Source: Vicinamibacterales bacterium
GTDB lineage: Bacteria > Acidobacteriota > Vicinamibacteria > Vicinamibacterales > SCN-69-37
NCBI GenBank assembly: GCA_035550595.1
Contig: DASZOV010000124.1
Coordinates: 11,135-75,134 of the forward strand
Length of the DNA: 64,000 nt
Direction of reading: 5' to 3'
Shown here: positions 35,447 to 45,085 of the stretch, one piece after another
How positions within the stretch are numbered: the stretch's first letter is position 1
Layout: the number at the start of each line of letters is the position of its first letter
The notes under the pieces: generated by a model
The model's input: the letters and a program-made list of their open reading frames with translations, nothing else
What the model was told of the DNA's origin: nothing
Database searches by the model: none
Made by a program: the position numbers and the translations under genes

Positions 35447-38281
35447 ATGTCTCAGTCGGCTGCGCTCGTCTCGTCTCCACCCGCCGGAATCCCTGCCGCG
35501 CCGCCACCCGCGGCCGCGCCTGCGCTCTACGTCATTCGCCGCATGGGCACGCGTTCGCCATGGGACGCGACGAAGATCGCCGCGGCCATGACCAAGGCGT
35601 TCCTTGCCGTCGAAGGCGAGGGCGCGTTGGGATCGACGCGGGTCCACGAGGTCGTCGCCGCGCTGACACGGCAGGTGGCCGACTCGCTCGAGCGGCGGTC
35701 GGACGGCTCACGCGCGCTGCACATCGAAGACATCCAGGACCAGGTGGAGCTGGCGCTGATGCGCGCCGGACACCACAAGGTCGCGCGCGCCTATGTGCTC
35801 TATCGCGAGTCGCGCGCCGAAGCGCGCCGTGCCGCGGCCGAGACGACGCCGCGTGCGTATCGCGTCCGACAGGTGGACGGCACGCTCGTGCCGCTCGATC
35901 GTGAGGCCTGGCGGCGGAGTCTCGAGGCGGCCTGCCGCGGGCTCGCATCGGTGTCGGCCGATCGCGTGCTCGAGACCGCCGAACCGAACATCTACGACGA
36001 GATCGCCGAAGCCGACCTGATGGTCGCCTCCACGCTCGCGGCCCGCGCGCTCATCGATCGCCAGCCGGAATACACCTACGTCAGCGCGCGTCTCCTGCTC
36101 GCGTCGCTCGCGGTCGAAGCGCTCGGCTTCGTCCAGGGCGAAGCGCCGAGCCCGATGGCGTTCAGCATCGATCGACTCGAGGACGAATACCGGGCCTACT
36201 TCCCCGCGTACATCCAGCGCGCGATCGATCTCGAGCTGGCCGCGCCTGAGCTCGCCTCGTTCGATCTCGATCGACTGGCCGCCGCGATCCGCCCCGAGCG
36301 CGATCGGCAGTTCCAACTGCTGGGCCTGCAGACGCTCTACGATCGCTACTTCCTGCACCACGACGGCGTGCGATTCGAGCTGCCGCAGGCCTTCTTCCTG
36401 CGTGTGGCCATGGGCCTGGCACTCAACGAGCCGGACCGCGAGGCGCGTGCCATCGAGTTCTACGACCTGCTGTCGTCGTTCGACTTCATGTGCTCGACGC
36501 CGACGCTCTTCAACGCGGGCACGCGTCGGCCGCAACTCTCGTCGTGCTTCCTCACGACGGTGAGCGACGACCTCCCGGGCATCTTCAAGGCCATCAGCGA
36601 CAACGCGCTGCTCTCGAAGTACGCCGGCGGGCTCGGCAACGACTGGACGCGCGTGCGCGGCCTCGGTGCGGCCATCAAAGGCACCAACGGCCGCTCCCAG
36701 GGCGTCGTTCCTTTCCTGAAGATCGCGAACGACACGGCCATCGCCGTCAACCAGGGCGGCAAGCGCAAGGGCGCGGTGTGCGCGTATCTCGAGGTGTGGC
36801 ACGTCGACATCGAGGAGTTCCTCGACCTGCGCAAGAACACGGGCGACGACCGCCGGCGCACGCACGACATGCACACGGCAGCCTGGATTCCCGATCTCTT
36901 CATGCAGCGCGTCGAGGCCGACGCGGAATGGACGTTGTTCTCGCCGGACGAAGTGCCCGACCTGCACGATCGCACCGGCTGCGCATTCGCGGAGGCGTAT
37001 GTCGCCGCCGAGGCACGCGCGGACCGCGGCGAACTGCGCGTCTTCCGCCGGATGCGCGCCGTCGATCTCTGGCGCCGGCTTCTGACGATGCTGTTCGAGA
37101 CGGGGCACCCGTGGGTGACGTTCAAGGACGCGTGCAATCTTCGCTCGCCGCAGCAGCACACCGGCGTCGTCCACTCGTCGAATCTGTGCACCGAAATCAC
37201 GCTCAACACGTCGGACGAGGAAGTCGCCGTGTGCAATCTCGGGTCGATCAACCTCGCCGCGCACGTCACGCCCGACGGACTCGACGAGGCGAAGCTCGCG
37301 CGGACGGTGGCGACGGCCGTGCGCATGCTCGACAACGTGATCGACGTGAACTTCTACACGATTCCCGAGGCGCATCGATCGAACGTGCGCCATCGGCCGG
37401 TCGGCCTCGGCCTCATGGGCTTCCAGGACGCGCTGCACACGCTCCGTGTGCCCTACGCGTCGGATGCGGCCGTCGCCTTTGCCGACACGAGCATGGAAGC
37501 GATCGCCTTCCATGCGATCGCGGCGTCCGCGGATCTGGCCGCCGAACGCGGCCGCTATGCGTCGTTCGACGGCTCGCTCTGGAGCCAGGGCGTGCTGCCG
37601 ATCGACTCACTCGATCGGTTGGCCGAGGCGCGCAATCCCGGCGATCTCGAGGTCGATCGCTCGCGCCGCCTCGACTGGGACGCGCTGCGAACACGCGTGC
37701 GCACGGGCGGCCTGCGCCACTCGAACATCATGGCGATCGCGCCGACCGCGACGATCTCGAACATCTGCGGCGTCAGCCCGTCGATCGAGCCGACGTTCCA
37801 GAACCTCTACGTCAAGGCCAACATGTCGGGCAACTTCACGGTCGTCAATCACGCACTCGTGCACGACCTCGAAGCGCGCGGCCTGTGGGACGACGTGATG
37901 GTCAACGATCTCAAGTACTACGACGGGAGCCTGGCCGCCATCGCGCGCGTGCCACGCGATCTCGCTGAGCTCTACGCGACGGCGTTCGAGATCGATCCCG
38001 AATGGCTCATTCGTGCGGGCGCGCGGCGACAAAAGTGGATCGACCAGGCTCAGTCGCTCAACCTATACGTCGCCGAGCCCAGCGGACGCCGGCTCGATGC
38101 CATCTACCGCCTCGCGTGGCGATCGGGACTGAAGACGACGTATTACCTGCGGTCTCGAGGCGCGACACACGTCGAGCGCAGCACGCTCGACGGACCGGAT
38201 CGACGGTTGAATGCCGTCGCCGTTCCCACGAACGGTGCAACGTGCACGCTCGGCGATCCGAACTGCGAGGCCTGCCAGTGA
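35447..38281 (+). CDS. nrdA: Class I ribonucleotide reductase large subunit with N-terminal ATP-cone
   Basis: 944 aa. ATP-cone ([20 protein letters not shown]), catalytic core (SSCFL, NLCTEI, C-terminal CxxC tail [12 protein letters not shown]). GGAGG SD upstream. Confidence 0.92.
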   Translation: MSQSAALVSSPPAGIPAAPPPAAAPALYVIRRMGTRSPWDATKIAAAMTKAFLAVEGEGALGSTRVHEVVAALTRQVADSLERRSDGSRALHIEDIQDQVELALMRAGHHKVARAYVLYRESRAEARRAAAETTPRAYRVRQVDGTLVPLDREAWRRSLEAACRGLASVSADRVLETAEPNIYDEIAEADLMVASTLAARALIDRQPEYTYVSARLLLASLAVEALGFVQGEAPSPMAFSIDRLEDEYRAYFPAYIQRAIDLELAAPELASFDLDRLAAAIRPERDRQFQLLGLQTLYDRYFLHHDGVRFELPQAFFLRVAMGLALNEPDREARAIEFYDLLSSFDFMCSTPTLFNAGTRRPQLSSCFLTTVSDDLPGIFKAISDNALLSKYAGGLGNDWTRVRGLGAAIKGTNGRSQGVVPFLKIANDTAIAVNQGGKRKGAVCAYLEVWHVDIEEFLDLRKNTGDDRRRTHDMHTAAWIPDLFMQRVEADAEWTLFSPDEVPDLHDRTGCAFAEAYVAAEARADRGELRVFRRMRAVDLWRRLLTMLFETGHPWVTFKDACNLRSPQQHTGVVHSSNLCTEITLNTSDEEVAVCNLGSINLAAHVTPDGLDEAKLARTVATAVRMLDNVIDVNFYTIPEAHRSNVRHRPVGLGLMGFQDALHTLRVPYASDAAVAFADTSMEAIAFHAIAASADLAAERGRYASFDGSLWSQGVLPIDSLDRLAEARNPGDLEVDRSRRLDWDALRTRVRTGGLRHSNIMAIAPTATISNICGVSPSIEPTFQNLYVKANMSGNFTVVNHALVHDLEARGLWDDVMVNDLKYYDGSLAAIARVPRDLAELYATAFEIDPEWLIRAGARRQKWIDQAQSLNLYVAEPSGRRLDAIYRLAWRSGLKTTYYLRSRGATHVERSTLDGPDRRLNAVAVPTNGATCTLGDPNCEACQ

Positions 38282-39363
38282 GCCCCGCGCGTCTCGATCC
38301 GCAGGCACCGGACACGACCGGGCTCGGCGACGTCGATCGCGGCGGTCACCGCGTGCGCGTCGACGACAAGGCGATGATCAACTGCCGCGCCGACGTGAAC
38401 CAGTTGTTGCCGCTCAAGTACCGCTGGGCGTGGGAACGCTATCTCTCCGCGTGCCGCAACCACTGGATGCCGACCGAGGTCTCGATGCAGGCCGACATCG
38501 AGCTGTGGCGGTCGCGCGACGGCCTCACCGAAGACGAACGGCGCATGGTGAAGCGGAACCTCGGCTTCTTCGCCGCGTCCGAGTCGCTCGTCGCCAACAA
38601 CATCGTGCTGGCCATCTACCGGCACCTCACGAATCCCGAATGCCGGCAGTACCTGCTCCGCCAGGCGTTCGAGGAGGCGGTGCACACGCACACGTTCCAG
38701 TACATCTGCGAGAGCCTGTCGCTCGACGAGGGCGAGCTCTTCAACATGTACCGCGAGGTGCCGTCGATCACCGACAAGGCGGCGTGGGCGCTGAAGTACA
38801 CACAGAACCTGTCCAACCCGGATTTCACGACCGGCACGCCCGCCGACGACCAGGCCTTTCTCCGCGACCTCGTCGCCTTCTACGTCGTCTTCGAGGGGAT
38901 GTGGTTCTACACGGGCTTCGCGCAGATCCTGTCGCTCGGCCGACGCAACAAGATGGTCGGCATCTCGGAGCAGTACCAGTACATCCTGCGCGACGAGTCG
39001 CTGCACTTGAACTTCGGCATCGACGTCATCAACCAGATCAAGGCCGAGAATCCGCACCTGTGGACGGATGCACTTCAGGCCGAGGTGCGCGAGATGCTGC
39101 AGTCGGCCTGCGCGCTCGAGATCGCCTACGGCCGCGACACGATGCCGCGCGGGCTGCTCGGGCTCAACGCCGATCTCTGCCGGGAGTACATGTACGTCAT
39201 CACGAATCGGCGCTGCGTCCAGCTCGGTCTGAATCCCCTCTTCCCCGAGGCACGCAACCCGTTCCCGTGGATGGCCGAGGCCATGGACATCAAGAAAGAG
39301 AAGAACTTCTTCGAAACGCGCGTCATCGAATATCAGACGGGCTCGTCCCTGAGCTGGGAGTGA
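38278..39363 (+). CDS. nrdB: Class I ribonucleotide reductase small subunit with class Ic (R2c-type) signature
   Basis: [10 protein letters not shown] (Glu at first metal ligand), [13 protein letters not shown] (Phe at the radical Tyr position), [16 protein letters not shown] overlap with nrdA. Confidence 0.9.
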   Translation: MSPARLDPQAPDTTGLGDVDRGGHRVRVDDKAMINCRADVNQLLPLKYRWAWERYLSACRNHWMPTEVSMQADIELWRSRDGLTEDERRMVKRNLGFFAASESLVANNIVLAIYRHLTNPECRQYLLRQAFEEAVHTHTFQYICESLSLDEGELFNMYREVPSITDKAAWALKYTQNLSNPDFTTGTPADDQAFLRDLVAFYVVFEGMWFYTGFAQILSLGRRNKMVGISEQYQYILRDESLHLNFGIDVINQIKAENPHLWTDALQAEVREMLQSACALEIAYGRDTMPRGLLGLNADLCREYMYVITNRRCVQLGLNPLFPEARNPFPWMAEAMDIKKEKNFFETRVIEYQTGSSLSWE

Positions 39364-39877
39364 CGCGCTCGGGATAGGTGATCGTCGTGCCATCGACCAC
39401 GGCCCATGGCGTGAGGACGTGCGGGCGTGTCCTCACACCGCTCGTGATTTCCTCCGCATCGATGCCTCGCACGATGAGCGCGTCGGCGATGAGCGACCGA
39501 TGGCAACGCCACGGAACCCCCTCCGCGCACATCAGCACCGTCGGCTCCTCACGCGCCAACGCGATAGAGCGATCGAGCGCCTCGACGAACGCCGGCGTCT
39601 GCATGTAGTCGGCGTACCCGCGAAAACCAGCGTTCGTCCAGCCGCGATTGATCGAGTCCCGCCGTGGGTGCCGCAGGCCGCCGAGTCCGGCCAGGTGCCG
39701 ATAGTGGAGGCCGGCGCGGTGCAGCGAGGCCGACAGTGCCACGCGGTCGTACTGCGGGTTGTGTCGCGACCGTGGCACCGTTCGGACGTCGATCACCCGT
39801 CCGATGCCGTGCATGCGTAGCAGCCGCAGGAACGACGCGATGGGCCGCGTGGAGTGTCCGATCGTGTAGATGACCAT
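39323..39877 (-). CDS. DUF488 domain protein
   Basis: [11 protein letters not shown]...FLRLL...[11 protein letters not shown]...[13 protein letters not shown]. Confidence 0.85.
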   Translation of the reverse strand: MVIYTIGHSTRPIASFLRLLRMHGIGRVIDVRTVPRSRHNPQYDRVALSASLHRAGLHYRHLAGLGGLRHPRRDSINRGWTNAGFRGYADYMQTPAFVEALDRSIALAREEPTVLMCAEGVPWRCHRSLIADALIVRGIDAEEITSGVRTRPHVLTPWAVVDGTTITYPERVTPSSGTSPSDIR

Positions 39878-39946
39878 CGTACGCGTGTAGGGGCGGCCCC
39901 CAGTGGCCGCCCGGACTGAACGGCCGGCGCGCCCGAGGTGCTTTCT

Positions 39947-41302
39947 TCAGTGTGCCCGAGACACGTCCGACACGCCGCTCTGCGTCGACGAGCCGGCCGG
40001 TACCGGCACGGCCGCGCCAATCGCCTGCCGCACCATCTGCACGACGTAAATACCGCCGGCCATGACCGACGCCGTGAGTATCCAGCCGGCCGCGGCAATC
40101 GCCGTCTGGTGCTGATCGGCCAGCCCCCACGCGAGCAGCGGCACGCCGATCGTCCATCCGGTGAAGATCGTCGCGGCGAATCGTGCCGACGGCAGCTCGT
40201 TCGCGCCTCGGGCCGGTGGCGCGCCCCCACCGAGCGTGAACGCGCGGTACCAGGCGTACAGTGGCACGAGCCGTCCCTGGATGCCGGTGACGATCTGCGC
40301 GAGGAATCCGACGAGACCCGCGACGCCGTACGTCCACATCAGCGGCACGGTCCATTCAGCCGGCACGCCGACGCTCAGCGCCACACCCAACGTGGCGGCC
40401 ACGACCATCCACAAAAGAGCGGCGTGCGCCTGCCACGTCGACCAATCACGCGGCGGCAAGGCGACGGGCCGCGGCATCCGATGCCGCAGCACGCCGCGCA
40501 TCTCGATCACGAAGCTCGCCAGGCCGGCCACGATCAGCCCAGCGCCAACCGGCACGGCCACCGACTGCCGGATGAGCGCGACGACGAGAACGACGAGTCC
40601 GGCTTCCATGAGCACGGCACTGCGACCGAGACGCCAGCCGGACGGCATCTGCGCGGGCAGCATCATCGGGATGAGCCGATACGCGAGGCCGACGACCATC
40701 ATCGCCACCCATCCGACCGCCGCGAGATGCGCATGAGCGTAGGTGGCTGCGATCGGCGAGAACGTGTCGAGACCGCGCGTCCGCACGATCCCGATCGTGG
40801 CGCCGAGCATCCCTGCGGCCAGGATGTTCACGAACGCCAGCGCGACGTGCAGTTTGATTGGAAATGGCACCGCCGCCGTGCGCAGGCCACGCCATGCCCG
40901 CACCGCGACCCAGGCAATCGCACCGATGACCGGTCCCGCGGCCCAGATCATGCCGACGTATTCCCCGATCCAGAAGTGCCCGACCATACCGACGGTGCCC
41001 AACGCGAACGCAGCGAACGCGACCCAGTCCGCGATGCCAACGGGCATCGGCAACCGCAGCGCGAGCGGCGCGACGACGTAGAAGGCGCCGAGAATCGATC
41101 CCGTCAACCACCCCAACGTCACCAGATGGACGACGGCCACCATGCGCGGATGGTAGAAGAACGCACCGGGCAGCGACGGATGCGTCGCGATGACGATGAA
41201 CGCCGTGGCGAGCGCCAGATGCGCGAACCCGAAATACGCGAGCGGCAGCGGCGAGGACGGCGTGAGATCGCGCCTGGAGGCGGGAGCTGGAGACACGGTC
41301 AC
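39947..41302 (-). CDS. Polytopic His-rich membrane protein of unknown function
   Basis: 451 aa with about 10-12 hydrophobic segments by eye. Duplicated H-L-x3-G-W motif (VHLVTLGWLTG and AHLAAVGWVAM). Confidence 0.6.
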   Translation of the reverse strand: MTVSPAPASRRDLTPSSPLPLAYFGFAHLALATAFIVIATHPSLPGAFFYHPRMVAVVHLVTLGWLTGSILGAFYVVAPLALRLPMPVGIADWVAFAAFALGTVGMVGHFWIGEYVGMIWAAGPVIGAIAWVAVRAWRGLRTAAVPFPIKLHVALAFVNILAAGMLGATIGIVRTRGLDTFSPIAATYAHAHLAAVGWVAMMVVGLAYRLIPMMLPAQMPSGWRLGRSAVLMEAGLVVLVVALIRQSVAVPVGAGLIVAGLASFVIEMRGVLRHRMPRPVALPPRDWSTWQAHAALLWMVVAATLGVALSVGVPAEWTVPLMWTYGVAGLVGFLAQIVTGIQGRLVPLYAWYRAFTLGGGAPPARGANELPSARFAATIFTGWTIGVPLLAWGLADQHQTAIAAAGWILTASVMAGGIYVVQMVRQAIGAAVPVPAGSSTQSGVSDVSRAH

Positions 41303-41369
41303 GTCAATGCCTGTGCTATTGTGCGCGGACGCAAATCACCGCGATCTTAATCGAGCCGATACGGCCGCC

Positions 41370-41387
41370 TTTTGCGCCGGCGCAAAA
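41370..41387. promoter_or_regulatory. Perfect 18-bp palindrome in a divergent promoter region
   Basis: ttttgcgccggcgcaaaa read directly. Confidence 0.4.
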
Positions 41388-41517
41388 CGACGGAGCGTGT
41401 CCATCCGTCATCGAGGAACTTCGTGAACGTCGCATTCATCTGGGAAGCTCAGCGCGGCCGATGCCGCTCTGCGCCAGTGATGACCAGCCGTCTCCGACCG
41501 TCGAAAGCGAACGCGAC

Positions 41518-42393
41518 ATGAGCCGCATCGCCGTCGTCGGCCCGGGCGCCATCGGCGGAACCATTGCCGCGTGGCTGTCTCAGCGCGCCGAACATGCCAT
41601 CACGCTCGCAGCGCGCACGTCATTCGACCGCCTCGAAGTGTCGACACCCGACGGCGTGATGTCAGCGACGCTGCGCGTCATCACGCACGTCGAGCAGGGC
41701 TCGCCCGTCGACTGGGTGCTCGTGGCCACCAAAGCCTACGACAGCGCGGCTGCGAGCACGTGGTTCGGCACGCTTTGCGATGCGACGTCGCGGGTGGCCG
41801 TGCTGCAGAACGGCGTCGAGCATCTCGAGCGCTTCGCTCCTCACTTTCCGGTGGACCGCATCGTTCCCGTCATGATCGACTGTCCCGTCGAGCGCGCGGC
41901 GCCGGGGCGAATCCGACAGCGCGGCACGATTCGCATGATCGTGCCGCAGGGGAGCAACGGCGCGGCCTTCGCCGGCCTGTTCACGGATCTGCCGATCGAC
42001 GTCTCGGAGACCACCGACTTCACGACGGCAATCTGGAGCAAGCTCTGCGTCAACAGCGTGGGCGCCGTGTCCGCGGCCATTGTCAAGCCGAACGGCATCG
42101 TTCACCACGACGGCGTGGCCGAATTGATGCGCGGCATCCTTCGCGAGTGCGTAGCGGTCGGTCGAGCGGAAGGTGCGCGGCTGGAAACGTCCGTCGTGGA
42201 GGAGGTGCTCGCGAACGCACGCCGCGCGCCGCGCGATTCGGCGAACTCGCTTTATCAGGATCGGGTGGCCGGCCGTCCGATGGAAATCGACGCGCGCAAC
42301 GGCGTCATCGTGCGGCTCGGCCGCACGCACGGCATTCCCACGCCGATCAATTCGATGCTCGTGGCATTGCTCGAGGCGGCGCAGATGGCGTGA
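41518..42393 (+). CDS. panE: 2-dehydropantoate 2-reductase (ApbA/PanE family)
   Basis: MSRIAVVGPGAIGG Rossmann start, KAYD motif, C-terminal PTPINSML. Confidence 0.8.
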   Translation: MSRIAVVGPGAIGGTIAAWLSQRAEHAITLAARTSFDRLEVSTPDGVMSATLRVITHVEQGSPVDWVLVATKAYDSAAASTWFGTLCDATSRVAVLQNGVEHLERFAPHFPVDRIVPVMIDCPVERAAPGRIRQRGTIRMIVPQGSNGAAFAGLFTDLPIDVSETTDFTTAIWSKLCVNSVGAVSAAIVKPNGIVHHDGVAELMRGILRECVAVGRAEGARLETSVVEEVLANARRAPRDSANSLYQDRVAGRPMEIDARNGVIVRLGRTHGIPTPINSMLVALLEAAQMA

Positions 42394-42459
42394 GGCGCAA
42401 TCCGACAACCTGCGTGGTGGTCGTGGTCCTCGATCGCGCCGAGGCCGCCCACGTGGAGC

Positions 42460-43584
42460 TCATCGTCGTTTGAGAGTTTCCCGCGTCGATACCAGCGTCA
42501 CGACGGTCTCGATGTGCTCCGTGTGAGGAAACATGTCGACGGCTTGTAGTGTGTCGATCGTGTACCCGCCGCCGCGAAGCCGTGACAGATCTCGAGCGAG
42601 CGCATCGGGATCGCACGAGACGTAGACAATCCGCGGCGGGCGAAGACCTTCCGCGAGCGCGTCCAGGACCACTGACGCGCAGCCTTGCCGGGGTGGATCG
42701 AGAATGACGACGTCGAAGCGCTCGCGACCGAGGCGCCGCATGGCGTCCTCGACTCGCGCACGCACGAGCCGGATGCGTGCAGCCGGCACGCCGTTCAATC
42801 GCCCGTTACGCGCGGCGTCGTCGACCGACCGCGCATTCTCCTCCACCGCCGTTACCTGCGCTCCCGCCAACACCAGCGGCACGGCGAACAGTCCGCATCC
42901 ACTGTAGAGATCGAGCACGCGTCGCGCGCCCGTTGCGGCGTCGAGCACGAGACGCAACACGTCTCGTGCCGCGCCGACGTTGGTTTGGAAGAAGGCGTCG
43001 GGCGCGATGAGGAACGACGGTCCCAGTGCGTCTTCGCGCACCGCCGCCCGGCCGGCGATACGGATCGTCTCGCGCCCGGTCATGAGTGGGCCGGGCCGAG
43101 TGTTCACGTTGATGAAAAACCCATCCGGCGGCTCCGGTTTCGCCAGGAACGCCCGCACCGGCGCGCGAAGCGATCGATGATTCTCGGCGACGACCAACAT
43201 GACGGCGGCCTCGGCGCTCGAGTCCGTCGTCCGCACGAGCACGTGCCGCAGGAGCGTGGGATCGACACGAGCCTGCGTCAGCGCGTCGCGAAGCCCAAAG
43301 GCCAGCCGATTGCCGCGATTGCTGTGTACCGGACATTCCTCGATGGGCACGACCGTCCGGCTGCCCGCCGCGTAGTGGCCCATGACGAGTCGGCCTCGGC
43401 GATCGGCGCCGAACACGAACGCGACTTTGTGGCGGAAGCGATCCTCGCGCGGCGAGGGAATCGGCGGAGGCACGGCGACGCCCAGCACCGTGGCAAGACG
43501 CCGGCGCTTGCGCTCGAGTTGTTCGGGATACGGCATCCCCGGCAGGCTGCACCCGCCGCACGTGCCGAAATGACGGCAGATCAC
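42460..43584 (-). CDS. Class I SAM-dependent RNA (uracil-5)-methyltransferase, RumA/TrmA-like with N-terminal Fe-S Cys cluster
   Basis: CRHFGTCGGC, LDLYSGCGLF, DPPRQG and VSCDP motifs. Confidence 0.85.
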   Translation of the reverse strand: MICRHFGTCGGCSLPGMPYPEQLERKRRRLATVLGVAVPPPIPSPREDRFRHKVAFVFGADRRGRLVMGHYAAGSRTVVPIEECPVHSNRGNRLAFGLRDALTQARVDPTLLRHVLVRTTDSSAEAAVMLVVAENHRSLRAPVRAFLAKPEPPDGFFINVNTRPGPLMTGRETIRIAGRAAVREDALGPSFLIAPDAFFQTNVGAARDVLRLVLDAATGARRVLDLYSGCGLFAVPLVLAGAQVTAVEENARSVDDAARNGRLNGVPAARIRLVRARVEDAMRRLGRERFDVVILDPPRQGCASVVLDALAEGLRPPRIVYVSCDPDALARDLSRLRGGGYTIDTLQAVDMFPHTEHIETVVTLVSTRETLKRR

Positions 43585-43591
43585 GCGCCGG

Positions 43592-43891
43592 TCAGCCGCC
43601 CGCCATCGCGCCGACGATGAGGAAGGGTTCCCGGCCGGAGACGACCGCTTCAGGCAGCGGCGCGTCGAGCGGCTCGTGCGATAGGTCGCGCTCGCACGCG
43701 TAGAAACGCACGAGCGGCCGCCGCATCTGCGTGGCGTGGTCGCGAATGGTGCCGGCGAGCATCGGATAGCGTGCCTCGATCGCGTCGATCACCGCGCGCG
43801 GCGTCGCCGGCGCAGCGACGTCGAGATCGACTTCCCCGCCAACGCCGGCAAGCGTTCTCAGGTGCGCCGGCAGCACGACCGTGATCGTCAT
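43592..43891 (-). CDS. MoaD/ThiS-family ubiquitin-like protein ending in Gly-Gly
   Basis: 99 aa from the internal ATG of ORF 43592..44104 ([16 protein letters not shown]...). C-terminus ...IVGAMAGG then stop. ATGA overlap with the upstream BNR gene. Confidence 0.75.
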   Translation of the reverse strand: MTITVVLPAHLRTLAGVGGEVDLDVAAPATPRAVIDAIEARYPMLAGTIRDHATQMRRPLVRFYACERDLSHEPLDAPLPEAVVSGREPFLIVGAMAGG

Positions 43892-45006
43892 GACGACAGC
43901 GTCTGCACCTCGACCGACAGCACCGGCGGCAGGTCGCGCACGATGGGCGTCCAATGATCGCCGGCGTCGGCCGAGGCATACACCTGACCACCGGTCGTGC
44001 CGAAATACACGCCGCACGAGTCGAGCGCGTCGACCGCCATCGCGTCGCGCAGCACGTTGACGTAGCAGTTTTCCTGCGGCAACCCGTCGGTCAGCGGCTC
44101 CCACTCGTGTCCACCCGAGCGGCTGCGGTACACGCGTAGCTTGCCGTCAGGCGGATAGTGCTCCGAGTCGCTCTTGATCGGCACGACATAGATTGTGTCC
44201 GGTTCGTGCGCGTGGACGTCGATCGGAAAGCCGAAGTCGGACGGCAGGTCGCCGCTGATCTCCTCCCACGACGCGCCGGCGTCGTCGCTGCGCATGACAT
44301 CCCAGTGCTTCTGCATGAAGAGCACGTCGGGCCGCGACGGATGCATCGCGATGCGGTGCACGCAGTGTCCGGCTTCCGCGTCGGGATTCGGAATGCCGTT
44401 CGACTTCAAGCCGCGGTTCATCACCTGCCAGCTCTCGCCGCCGTCGTCGGTGCGGAAGACGCCGGCAGCCGAGATCGCGCCGTAGATACGTTCGGCGCGC
44501 GTTGGGTCGAGCACGATCGTGTGCAGCCCGAGTCCACCCGCGCCCGGCTGCCAGGACGGCCCGGTCCGATGCGTGCGGAGCGCGGGCAGTTCGTGCCACG
44601 TCGCGCCCGCGTCGGTGGATCGAAACAACGCGGCGTCTTCGACGCCGGCGTAGACCGTGTCGCGATCGGCGAGCGCCGGCTCGAGATGCCAGACCCGCTT
44701 GAACTCCCAGGGATGCGGCGTGCCGTCGTACCAGGTGTGTGTCCCCGTCTCGCCGTCATACGCGAACTTGTTCCCGACCGGCGTCCACGTCCGTCCGCCA
44801 TCGTCCGAGCGCTGGATGATCTGTCCGAACCAACCGCTCGTCTGCGAGGCGTAGATCCGGTCCGGGTCGACCGGCGACGCCTTGAGATGGAAGATTTCCC
44901 AACCGCCGAAAAACGGCCCGCTGACGGTCCAGTTTCGTCGCGCGCCATCAGCCGTCAAGGTGAACGCGCCTTTGCGCGTGCCGACGAGTACTCGCACCCG
45001 ACTCAT
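43888..45006 (-). CDS. BNR/Asp-box repeat beta-propeller protein (sialidase-fold, no signal peptide)
   Basis: Repeated S-x-D-x-G-x-T-W boxes: [41 protein letters not shown]. Confidence 0.8.
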   Translation of the reverse strand: MSRVRVLVGTRKGAFTLTADGARRNWTVSGPFFGGWEIFHLKASPVDPDRIYASQTSGWFGQIIQRSDDGGRTWTPVGNKFAYDGETGTHTWYDGTPHPWEFKRVWHLEPALADRDTVYAGVEDAALFRSTDAGATWHELPALRTHRTGPSWQPGAGGLGLHTIVLDPTRAERIYGAISAAGVFRTDDGGESWQVMNRGLKSNGIPNPDAEAGHCVHRIAMHPSRPDVLFMQKHWDVMRSDDAGASWEEISGDLPSDFGFPIDVHAHEPDTIYVVPIKSDSEHYPPDGKLRVYRSRSGGHEWEPLTDGLPQENCYVNVLRDAMAVDALDSCGVYFGTTGGQVYASADAGDHWTPIVRDLPPVLSVEVQTLSS

Positions 45007-45085
45007 GCCGCCCTCCGTTGTATGCCGGGCCCTACTCTATCGTCGAAATGGCCTGAAACGACGCGGGATCGGGGAACGACGGCTC

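Noticed and set aside
39323-39363. A 41-nt convergent overlap of the nrdB and DUF488 3-prime ends, and a 17-nt convergent overlap of metE and ADOP at 32042-32058, as possible antisense regulation.
   Set aside because: Short convergent overlaps are common in compact GC-rich genomes, and no additional structure or motif was seen there. I did not consider them special without expression data.
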